Source of the DNA: Balanoglossus misakiensis
Taxonomy: Eukaryota > Animalia > Hemichordata
Assembly (NCBI GenBank): GCA_040954595.2
Contig: CM082580.2
Coordinates: 920,783-984,782 of the forward strand
Direction of reading: 5' to 3'
Length of the DNA stretch: 64,000 nt
Shown: positions 11,601-19,529 of the stretch, one piece after another
Layout: every line of letters starts with the position of its first letter
Position numbering within the stretch: the stretch's first letter is position 1
Translations under genes and position numbers: made by a program
Notes under the pieces: generated by a model
Databases searched by the model: none
What the model was told of the DNA's origin: nothing
What the model saw: only the letters and a program-made list of their open reading frames with translations

Positions 11601-14600
11601 ACACTGCCTAATTGTTTCAGTGCAGATTTAGCATCCACATTTCCCTCTTTGTTTGCTTCTCTCTGTGCATTTTCCAGCAGTAAACCCATTTCTCTCTCTG
11701 CCTTAGAGATATATGACACAATGTACACAACACAGGCATAAGCATCCACAACAAACTGAATGTCCATGTTTGCATCCCAGCAACGGAGAAGGTTGGCATT
11801 ATATTGGTTCACCCAAACATCATTTGGTTCACGCTTTAATACTACACTTGTTTTCCTTGCCAAAATTGCATGTGCTTTCTCAAACATCTCCTGAGAAATG
11901 CTGACCTCATTAAACAGTGCATCAACCGAATCAATCTGTTTCTCTTTGTCATGCAGGCATGTCCACACTTTTTCCAAAATATTCCTAGCAGCCATCTGGC
12001 TCATCACATTCTCAATTAACTGAGTTGTGTCACTTTGACATTTCTCTTCAAGTGTTGCGTTATCGTCATCAAGGTTTGACTTCTCACCTTCACCTGTCAT
12101 TTCTATATCTATATCAGGACGGCATATGAACGTTTTCTTTGATGGTGGTCGTGGAAAGTTGAATCTGCATCTAGTGCCCTTTTTCTTGCAAGATTTGGAG
12201 TGCCTTGAGCTGTGTTTCTGAACTTTATTCACAATCTCTTGCAATTCCTCATCCTCCTCAACAGAAGGCATTTGACATGTTACATATCTGTCAACAAAAT
12301 CAACTACATCTTCATCAGTATCTCTATCAACCTTTGGTGCATTTTCAACCCAAAATAGGCAGTGTGTATGTGGTGAGCCTCGTTGTTGAAACTCGACTCG
12401 ATAAAAATAATCTTTGATATTTCCAATAGGATTGGCTGGTGACATGATGACTTCTCTCAGAAAACAATGAAATCTGTGATCAAACATTCTGGCTGCTGTT
12501 ACAGGATTTCGTCTCAAGATAGCACATTTCTCAGACCATTCAAGATCCTCAGCATTACGTACATCTCCTTCTCCACGAAGTATAGTCTCAATAACTTCTT
12601 TCCACCGTAAATCGGCAGCAGAAAATGAGCAAAACCATGTTGGTATACCCAACTGTCTGATCATTGCAAACAGGTCTTTTTGTGTTGCTTGCCAATAAGG
12701 AGGAGTTCCTCTTATAGGTTTTAAAAACTTATAGCCTTCATCAGACTTCAAAATCTGTTTCAAAGATTCACTGTCACTTAAAACATCCGATGTCACTTTT
12801 TTGCCACAAGCATTAGCAGTTCCTTTCCTCAAAGCAATTGACACATTGGATACAACCTGGTTAATTTCAGACAGATATTGCGCATAAAAGATATAGTCTG
12901 TGCTTTTTGAAAATCTGTTACTTGCATTCATTACACGACCTTGCAGGTATCGTCCTATTGTTATCCTAACCTCTCGGTCATCGTGAAATGTGGGTGACCC
13001 AGTTGGGAATAGCACAGGAAAGCACTTAGCTTCATTCAACTTTTCCATCAACAGACAAACAGGTTTATTACCCTCTGCTGGAGCAACACAAGATATATCC
13101 TCAAAGTGATAATCAAGAATATCCTGACCTATGTCAATTGGTTGGAGGCATGTGTCCATCAATATTCCATTAGTATCTTTGTTGGACACATTGTTATCTT
13201 CTGTGTCTGATGACACATCATTACTTTCAGTATCTGAAACATTTCCTTTGGTCTTTTCATTGTTTTCATCATTGCTTTTGGTGTTAGACTTTTCTGATTT
13301 GCTTTCAGCATCTGAAATAACTTCTTCAGTCTTTTCAAGAGTATTTTTCCAATTCATATTGAATGTTATATCACTGTAATACTGATTATTTGTCTGTAGG
13401 TATTCCAAAGCATTCTGAATGTGTCGTTTGTTTACAAACTGATATTCATAGTAACCTTTATAACTCAGTTTTCGCTTCAATTTCACCCTTATCATCTGAT
13501 CATCAAACTCATTCCGTGGCAAAATATTTGTAGCCTTCTTTATATCAGAAGGGACACACACTACAGGTCCATGAACTCCATTCTGACCACCCTTAGGTAA
13601 TGCCAACATTTTCATGAATGGAATATTTAATGCAATTAAATGTTGCTCAAGTGAGTTGAGGCATTTCAATTCAGGAGGGACTGATGTGACATGAAGGTTG
13701 TTTGCAACAGCTTGAACTGGCATCTCTCCACGTAAAAGTTTTCTATGGCATGTGAAACAAATCCACAATTTACTGGCTGCATTATTCTTGAGAGGGCAGT
13801 CAGCCATACATGTTGGGGCACATTTGTGAACATATTCTTCTGATATACATTTCACAGCAATATCAGATGTAATTCTGTTACTGTAATATTTATCCTTGTT
13901 GCAAACAATTACTTGTTTCCTGAAAAGTCGACGATGACAAACTGAACATACACAATTTGGACCTTCTGAGGCAGTATTTCTAAAATTAGCAATAACATGT
14001 TGAACATTTTGCTTATCAATGTCATTCTGTATCATCTGACACCTGCTTCTCTTCAATGCATTATCTTTGTAATGAGGGTCATTCTCATATCGTTGAATAC
14101 TCTGTGTCTTCTTTGATTCACGAAAGTTTACGTCTTGGTGATATTTTTGGGATACTTGTTGGGACATTTGTGCTTTATGTGCTTCCCGAAAGTCAGTATT
14201 TTGTTCATATTTTACTCTTACGCATGCCTTCTGTGCTTCCCGAAAATCAGGATTTTGTTCATAATTTACTCTTATGCGTGCCTTCTGTGCTTCCCGAAAA
14301 TCAGGATTTTGTTCATAATTTACTCTTATGCGTGCCTTCTGTGCTTCCCGAAAATCAGGATTTTGTTCATAATTTACTCTTATGCGTGCCTTCTGTGCTT
14401 CCCGAAAATCAGGATTTTGTTCGTAATTTACTCTTATGCGTGCCTTCTGTGCTTCCCGAAAATCAGGATTTTGTTCGTAATTTACTCTTATGCGTGCCTT
14501 CTGTGCTTCCCGAAAATCAGGATTTTGTTCGTAATTTACTCTTATGCGTGCCTTCTGTGCTTCCCGAAAATCAGGATTTTGTTCGTAATTTACTCTTATG

Positions 14601-16102
14601 CGTGCCTTCTTTGCTTCCCGCAAATCAGGATTTTGTTCATATTTAACCCTGGACTGTGTCTTTTTGGCGTCCCGATAGTCGGCATTTTGTTCATATAAAT
14701 CTTTCATTTTTTGTTTCTTACTTTCTCGGATCTGATGATAATGCTGTCTACTTTTTAACTTCTTTGTCTCTCTATATTGAGAATTACTGTGGTACAATTC
14801 TGATTCAGATATTGCCCTGCAGCTCTTTGCAGTGGTCTCATTACATTCATATTTTTGTTTTCTGATTTTCTTTCGTAATCGTTCACTCATTGCTGGTCTC
14901 TTACCTCTTCCTTTTGTAACACTTTCAGTTTCATCACTTAAGTGGAAATTTCCTTTCTTGTCCAATGGACTCTTTAGTGGAACACAACTGCCACTATCTG
15001 CCTCATTGTGGAATTCATTAGTCATACCTTCACTTGAGACAAGTTCATCACATTCAATGTGTGTAGAGTCAGATGTTACCATCTCACGTGTCTTTACACT
15101 CTTGACAATTTCAAAATGATCTCTGTTGCGATGGTTCAGGTATATACCTACACCTTTATCAACATTACTTTTATTAATTGCATTACAATAATGTATTAGC
15201 CATGTTCCAGAACTATACACATAGATGTTAGTTTGTAAGAGATCGGCAGCGGCCAAGATCTCATTTTCGGAACCCCAGATTGTTAGGCAATTCATTCTAG
15301 ACTTTGCAATATAATCAGCAACTGATGTATATCCTTGGTCTTGGTCCAGCCAACCAAAATATGCACTGTCATTTGCAATCATGTGGTTTACAATGGCCTT
15401 TCGCATTACAGCATGGTTACGTTCACTGCCACTAATGGCATACGACAAAGCTCTAAACAAACAATTACCATCACCGATAATAGACTTCATATTGCATGGT
15501 TCACCAATTTCAACACTACGAATTTCATCGAGCATTTCAACTTTATTTCCATATTTTATGTGAAGCTTACAGCATAACTCTTGGCATATGGTGGTGGTTA
15601 CAGGAGAGAAAACAAATTCATTCGGGGTAACATTCTGAATAATACATTCATTGTCATTTCTCTTGTGTGCAATATCAACTGCTTTCTCAATCTGTAAATT
15701 TCCATTAACACAAGTGACAATGTCACCATTTGCAGGTACCCTAGAATCATTGGTTCCCCGAAGGGAAGTTTCAAAGTTTTCACCCTTCGAACACCGAAGG
15801 TTTGAACCCCGAAGGGAAGTTTCACAGTTTTGATCCTTCGAACACCGAAGGCTGGCACCCCGAAGGGTATTGTCGCTGAGATTATAGAGGGCAGCATCCT
15901 CTTTGATTACGTCGCTGTTTTTTGAGAGGGCAGCATCCTCTGTCATATCGAAGCTGTTTTTTGAGAGGGCAGCATCCTCTGTCATATCGAAGCTGTTTTT
16001 TGAGAGGGCAGCATCCTCTGTCATATCGAAGCTGTTTTTTGAGAGGGCAGCATCCTCTTTCATCTGACTCCTCTTCTTCCTCCAGTTCCTAGAGCGTGGC
16101 AT
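8657..16102 (-). CDS. Helentron Rep/helicase polyprotein, 2481 aa: OTU cysteine protease, 18-aa repeats, Cys/His Zn-finger region, HUH Y2 Rep, Pif1-family SF1B helicase, APE/EEP-type endonuclease
   Basis: Uninterrupted ORF. OTU: GDGNCLFRALS...WG...HFE (~15105-15490). Zn finger: CSVCHR...WICFTCH (~13745-13960). Rep: PTWFCSFS, YRVEFQQRGSPHTH (~12360-12405; RGS form typical of Helentrons) and YIVSYISK (~11700-11725). Helicase: GGAGTGKS (~10615-10640), IIDEISM, GDFYQLPPV, TVHKVQGLT, GQAYVALSR. Endonuclease: HNVEGL, LTETW, YRP, GDFN, IDHVY, SFH (~8660-9305). Confidence 0.96.
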   Translation of the reverse strand: MPRSRNWRKKRSQMKEDAALSKNSFDMTEDAALSKNSFDMTEDAALSKNSFDMTEDAALSKNSDVIKEDAALYNLSDNTLRGASLRCSKDQNCETSLRGSNLRCSKGENFETSLRGTNDSRVPANGDIVTCVNGNLQIEKAVDIAHKRNDNECIIQNVTPNEFVFSPVTTTICQELCCKLHIKYGNKVEMLDEIRSVEIGEPCNMKSIIGDGNCLFRALSYAISGSERNHAVMRKAIVNHMIANDSAYFGWLDQDQGYTSVADYIAKSRMNCLTIWGSENEILAAADLLQTNIYVYSSGTWLIHYCNAINKSNVDKGVGIYLNHRNRDHFEIVKSVKTREMVTSDSTHIECDELVSSEGMTNEFHNEADSGSCVPLKSPLDKKGNFHLSDETESVTKGRGKRPAMSERLRKKIRKQKYECNETTAKSCRAISESELYHSNSQYRETKKLKSRQHYHQIRESKKQKMKDLYEQNADYRDAKKTQSRVKYEQNPDLREAKKARIRVNYEQNPDFREAQKARIRVNYEQNPDFREAQKARIRVNYEQNPDFREAQKARIRVNYEQNPDFREAQKARIRVNYEQNPDFREAQKARIRVNYEQNPDFREAQKARIRVNYEQNPDFREAQKACVRVKYEQNTDFREAHKAQMSQQVSQKYHQDVNFRESKKTQSIQRYENDPHYKDNALKRSRCQMIQNDIDKQNVQHVIANFRNTASEGPNCVCSVCHRRLFRKQVIVCNKDKYYSNRITSDIAVKCISEEYVHKCAPTCMADCPLKNNAASKLWICFTCHRKLLRGEMPVQAVANNLHVTSVPPELKCLNSLEQHLIALNIPFMKMLALPKGGQNGVHGPVVCVPSDIKKATNILPRNEFDDQMIRVKLKRKLSYKGYYEYQFVNKRHIQNALEYLQTNNQYYSDITFNMNWKNTLEKTEEVISDAESKSEKSNTKSNDENNEKTKGNVSDTESNDVSSDTEDNNVSNKDTNGILMDTCLQPIDIGQDILDYHFEDISCVAPAEGNKPVCLLMEKLNEAKCFPVLFPTGSPTFHDDREVRITIGRYLQGRVMNASNRFSKSTDYIFYAQYLSEINQVVSNVSIALRKGTANACGKKVTSDVLSDSESLKQILKSDEGYKFLKPIRGTPPYWQATQKDLFAMIRQLGIPTWFCSFSAADLRWKEVIETILRGEGDVRNAEDLEWSEKCAILRRNPVTAARMFDHRFHCFLREVIMSPANPIGNIKDYFYRVEFQQRGSPHTHCLFWVENAPKVDRDTDEDVVDFVDRYVTCQMPSVEEDEELQEIVNKVQKHSSRHSKSCKKKGTRCRFNFPRPPSKKTFICRPDIDIEMTGEGEKSNLDDDNATLEEKCQSDTTQLIENVMSQMAARNILEKVWTCLHDKEKQIDSVDALFNEVSISQEMFEKAHAILARKTSVVLKREPNDVWVNQYNANLLRCWDANMDIQFVVDAYACVVYIVSYISKAEREMGLLLENAQREANKEGNVDAKSALKQLGSVYLHNREVSAQEAVYRLCGLKLKQSSRKVQFIPTGETPIKMSLPLSVIRSKMTGDDLNEDDIWYNSIVDRYKNRPNDDEFDDMCLATFCSEYRIVSKSEVTNTTTEKRANPIVKLENGAGYMQKRSRTDPAVIRYARFSVTKFPEKYYRTMLELFLPHWVDSQLKPNGFETYENFYSAGAVKCGSASIQTVKVIVDANKAMFEKEADAVDLAEELLEGSGPLEDAWAQICPESEIDRLECIDERQQLPDDDVNEEDIPDLVHKPKGDCHIEISTSEVRRADVQAMCRSLNRKQAEVFYNVRQWCLDKSNGKNPEPLYLFVSGGAGTGKSHLIKTIYHEAKRILSRVMANPDEKSIQVTASTGVAAFNVGGETLHHAFSIAVDSKLPYEPLREEKLNTLRSKLGNLQILIIDEISMVDRKLFHYVHGRLRQIKQTPSGSPFGNVCVIAVGDFYQLPPVKASPLCVENDAINMWNNFKIVELTEIMRQKDCAFAEALNRVRIHKKGHTLSANDLEMFNNRVTGEASEAIHIFATNAEVNNCNITMLHSLCSDPVCIEAQDFSKNTKTGKLQRKEGHHAKVYRTTLPKTLTLAKGARVQLTQNIDVSDGLVNGVFGSVCHIDVKPNESFPTAVYVVFDNVKVGQGLRNKNRVNISDLPENTTRIEPQEMSVASNGGIRRQFPLKLAWACTVHKVQGLTVEKAVVSLKKIFAPGQAYVALSRVTSLDGLIIDEFKTSSIYCNEKVQAALEMMPKFVDGCFEQLQPNYRCSFILHNVEGLLNHMEDIRSGKEYLESDFICLTETWLTENQTKCDVIVNGFEFSHKPRSKSYNNFDMNSSQLQLQHHGGVGLYVKGSESVEILDLPVSNLEYLTFYVKDINTVVAVIYRPSSYKAIAFRKNLLLLVKEMSKYSGATVIMGDFNENILTSSSLVKLMQDHGFKQHVSKPTTEAGTLIDHVYVKGAGKVEVGIVPKYFSFHEAISIKIY
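14160..14700 (-). repeat. Coding 54-bp (18-aa) tandem repeat, ~10 copies: YEQNPDFREAQKARIRVN
   Basis: TTTTGTTC recurs every 54 bp from ~14199 to ~14685. Central copies are nearly identical and the edge copies are diverged. Confidence 0.95.
15887..16063 (-). repeat. Coding 39-bp (13-aa) tandem repeat, ~4.5 copies: MTEDAALSKNSFD
   Basis: GAGGGCAGCATCCTCT recurs every 39 bp and the repeat is visible in the translation. Confidence 0.95.
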
Positions 16103-16504
16103 CTGAAATCAATAAATACATAACTGTTAACATTTTAATGTCCGGGACTATTGTACAGACCAGAATGCCAGAATAAAATGTGGTGATAGCTTCACTGTAG
16201 AGGTATAGGCCTATGGGTAGGTCAAGGTCACGGATAAACCTGTTGACATGGTCCACAACCTTGAAATTTGGCATGTGGGATCCTGACCATATACCGGTAC
16301 ATGTAGTGTACAAGGACTGTCAACAGATTTTTTATTCCACATTTTAATATAAATAAGGTCCATATGAAAATTCCAATCAAAGCTGACAATTACAGTGAGT
16401 AATTAAAAATTCAAGAGTGTTATGCATGAAATTACATAGGCCCACATAATTGTGCCAAGTTTGAGATTCATAGATTCAGCCGATCACACTTTCTTCTCAT
16501 TTAC

Positions 16505-16528
16505 CTTTTTGAAATATTTGTTTGCAAT
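16505..16528 (-). CDS. Candidate 24-nt in-frame microexon (IANKYFKK)
   Basis: Minus strand reads tgtcttacccag|ATTGCAAACAAATATTTCAAAAAG|gtaaat; phase 0, no stop. The main ORF ATG is directly preceded by the acceptor ttattgatttcag. Confidence 0.4.
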
Positions 16529-17039
16529 CTGGGTAAGACAAGTAGACATTTCTGTAGAAACTATTCCAACATATGTTGACTTCATGCACATAGAATAAAG
16601 TCAAAGTTGTAAGACAGCATGTGCCATTGTCAAACAAAACTATAGACATTTTTTTCACACAGGACGTGATTAAAGAAATTTAGCTCAGCAAAAATTTCCC
16701 ACTCAAATTATGGCATTTGTTGTATTTACACATAGTGACTGTACATTTCAAGGCAATTGGACACTTGGATACTAAGAGGGTTTAATTATATACCCAAATT
16801 TCACAATTTCCAAAAACTATACTAAGGCCAAACATGCATATAAAATTTAAACACATTTGCACTAGTTATTTAACAGAACACTTGTGTTGACACATGACAG
16901 ACAACCTATGAACAATTGTCTTATCTGATAAGCTCTGTGTCAGAGCAGAGTTATGACAAGTAACCTGCAATGAATCACATGCAGAACTGTACTGCAGTGC
17001 ATTATGCTGAAGGTCTCTTCACATGGCAGACACACTTAC

Positions 17040-17069
17040 CTCAAGTGGGATATCTTTGGTTATACAAAA
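17040..17069 (-). CDS. Candidate 30-nt in-frame microexon (FCITKDIPLE)
   Basis: Minus strand reads atttgctttcttgcag|TTTTGTATAACCAAAGATATCCCACTTGAG|gtaagt. Both splice sites are strong; phase 0, no stop. Confidence 0.6.
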
Positions 17070-17364
17070 CTGCAAGAAAGCAAATAATATAAATTATCAT
17101 TACTGGTTATAGGTGTACATGTTTGCCACTGAATCCAACAGAATACATGCATATTATTTCTGCATAAAATCCAGTTCATCTATTTCCATCAGGCATTTCC
17201 TCTTTATCTTCACTAAACATAACAGACTACAGTATATGCGCCAATACAATCAAAGCAAACACATACAACCACATACAAAAAGATAAAAGACAGTGCCAGA
17301 TATAACATCATAAAGGAGTCATTGAAATTACCACCCTTATAACATGAGAATCTTTACAGTATAA

Positions 17365-18089
17365 GGGACCGTTCAGTTTTTACGGCCAGGGGGGGGGGGC
17401 AAGTTTGTGTCATCGATTTTCAAAATCAGGCCGACCCCCCCTTCACCAAGGACCAAAAAATGATGACCCCCCCTTTGACAGACCCAAAAATATGATGACC
17501 CCCCCCCCCCCATGCCGAAAACATGAACCTATGTACACTGTATGCAATAAATGGAATGAGGCTCCTCTCGCCTCAATTAGACATTAAATTAAATGAACAA
17601 ACTAAAATGACAATCCAATACAATAGTTGGTAGAATTGGTAAAAAAAGAAAAGTGGCGGGGGTGTCCCCCTCCCACATAAGAAAATTTGGTAAAATACAG
17701 TGCTCAAAGTTGCATTTTAATGAACTCAAAAGCAAATTAACTTAATGTTAGGGAGGACAAATTTTAATTTTGCCACTCCACTCAAAAGAAGCATCGGGGT
17801 AGGGTGGGAAGAAGTCTGCCCTGTACACTAGACAAACCAGCGAATAAATGCAATGTGGGGGAGAATGGAGGGGGTTGGTGTCCCCCTCCCACATTAGAAA
17901 ATTTTGTAAAATAAAGGGCGTGAAACAGCAATTTTGTGTACTCAAAAGCAAAAGTTCGGTGGCAAAAGTATGTGACCCCCCTAAACATTTAAAAAAACAG
18001 ATGACCCCCCCCCCCCCTCTTGGACTTAAGTCACCCCCCTGGATTTTGATCCCCCCCCCACCCCCCGGCCGTAAAAACTGAACGGTCCC
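17365..18089. mobile_element. PIF/Harbinger (Tourist-like) MITE, 725 bp
   Basis: Perfect 23-bp TIRs GGGACCGTTCAGTTTTTACGGCC (17365-17387 and 18067-18089), TAA on both flanks (17362-17364, 18090-18092), subterminal G/C runs and no convincing ORF. Confidence 0.9.
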
Positions 18090-18968
18090 TAAGTGATCCC
18101 ATTCCCCATCGTCACACTTTACATTCAAACACCTTTACAAAGACTGAATACTGCATATCAAAATACATGTAAGTACATTGTTTTCTGCATACACAATAGA
18201 ACCATGCATAGTGACACAAAAATCATTCAGTGTACATATACAACACAGCCAATCCAGAACGGCTGACAGTGCACACCCAGACATAAACAAAGGGTACATG
18301 TAGTACTAATACCTAGCCACACACACCCACTTTGATAAACTTGCACACAGACAGGAGTTCCAGACATACATGAATCAACAAAGACATGCAGACAAAGATT
18401 CAGAAAAAGATGCAAACACATGATACATAGACATACCTACACACACGCATCCACACTCTGATGAACTAGCACACAGACGGACAGGCATCAAAGAGGTGCA
18501 AAGGTCCAAACACACGCAATCACATGGTGCAATTATATACACTGTGCACAGGCTGTATATACCAACATTCACATATGTGCCACACACTCAACTAAACTGG
18601 CACACGAACAGACATGAAACCAAGCAAAAATTAATCCTCACGTAACAGTTGCTTCTTTTGATATAGCAAAAATTTCATGTCATGCCAATGACCTGTTTTA
18701 CAATATGTCATGAACACTTCACCCTGGTGACTTTGTTGTGGTTCATTCTACTTGTGCAGCATTGTAGTCTAAATGCAACATAAGAATACCCAGCAATACT
18801 ATTTGCAATCTATGCATATACCTCTAATAGACTATAGAAATGAATTATTCAATTCACAGCTAAAACTACAATTCGTTGCTTCTTGAACATATTCCCAAGG
18901 TTTAATATAACTGCAATTTCTTCCTCAATGACACTAATATGAAATGTACAAAACTGAGAATGTGTTTA

Positions 18969-19063
18969 TTAGCTGCAATGATTGTAGCGGGTGCTGCTAG
19001 GTTGACTGGTGTGTTCGCAGCATCAGTCAACCTAGCAGCACCCGCTACAATCATTGCAGCTAA
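18969..19063. repeat. Perfect 40-bp inverted repeat with a 15-nt loop; possibly an 89-bp TA-flanked foldback MITE (18972-19060)
   Basis: 18969-19008 (TTAGCTGCAATGATTGTAGCGGGTGCTGCTAGGTTGACTG) is the exact reverse complement of 19024-19063. TA lies on both sides of the 89-bp core. Confidence 0.9.
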
Positions 19064-19109
19064 GGATTTCCCTTCGATTACATAGCGAACCATTTGCACA
19101 GATACTTAC

Positions 19110-19198
19110 AGTTTTGCTGGGTTCTGTAATGTATTATTTCATCCAAAAAGCTGCACGTTTCAAGAAAGAACCAAAACAAACTCACCTGCAGACCGCAT
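19110..19198 (-). CDS. Candidate first coding exons: 19198-19186 (ATG CGG TCT GCA G) and a 14-nt microexon at 19123-19110, together encoding MRSAEPSKT
   Basis: Donors CAG|GTGAGT (19185-19180) and ACT|GTAAGT (19109-19104), with a weak acceptor ttacag at 19124. 13+14=27 nt keeps frame with the downstream microexons and the main ORF. Confidence 0.4.
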
Positions 19199-19435
19199 GT
19201 GGTGGTCGCGATTCTATTTTTACCCTAAGTCCCTAACCCTACTTTTTAGGCAGCTGTGTCAGCGATCGAAAAGAATCGTCAATAATTTCACACAATCGAA
19301 TTAAACTTCGATGATGGCCATCAAGTACTCATAACCCAACATCTTCCCGCACAGTGTCATATATCTTTCGTGCCTTGAAACATCGGGATCGCTTATCTAA
19401 AACTAATTTTCGAAAGACGGGCTTTACAAAATAAT

Positions 19436-19529
19436 ACTCACCAGTAGTTCAGTATAGAGTGTGGCTGTAATTGGTATAGCGCCCCCAAACATTGGTATTC
19501 TGCCTTTCTTTTGTACGTCACTTCCGCCC
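19436..19529 (-). promoter_or_regulatory. Candidate Pol II promoter and first-exon donor of the transposase gene
   Basis: Minus strand GGGCGGAAGTGACGT (19529-19515) overlaps a GC box, an ETS site and a CRE half-site in a locally CpG-rich stretch. Donor CTG|GTGAGT is at 19441-19436, about 75 nt downstream. Confidence 0.55.

Noticed and set aside
14056-14698. Two plus-strand ORFs of 196 and 187 aa
   Set aside because: They are antisense shadows of the stop-free 54-bp coding repeat.
18190-18620. CA-rich stretch giving Cys/Val-rich minus-strand ORFs
   Set aside because: Low-complexity sequence in a predicted intron, with no domain signature.
19221-19242. CCCTAA-like telomeric motifs (ACCCTAAGTCCCTAACCCTAC)
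   Set aside because: Only about three degenerate units, too short to call an interstitial telomere.
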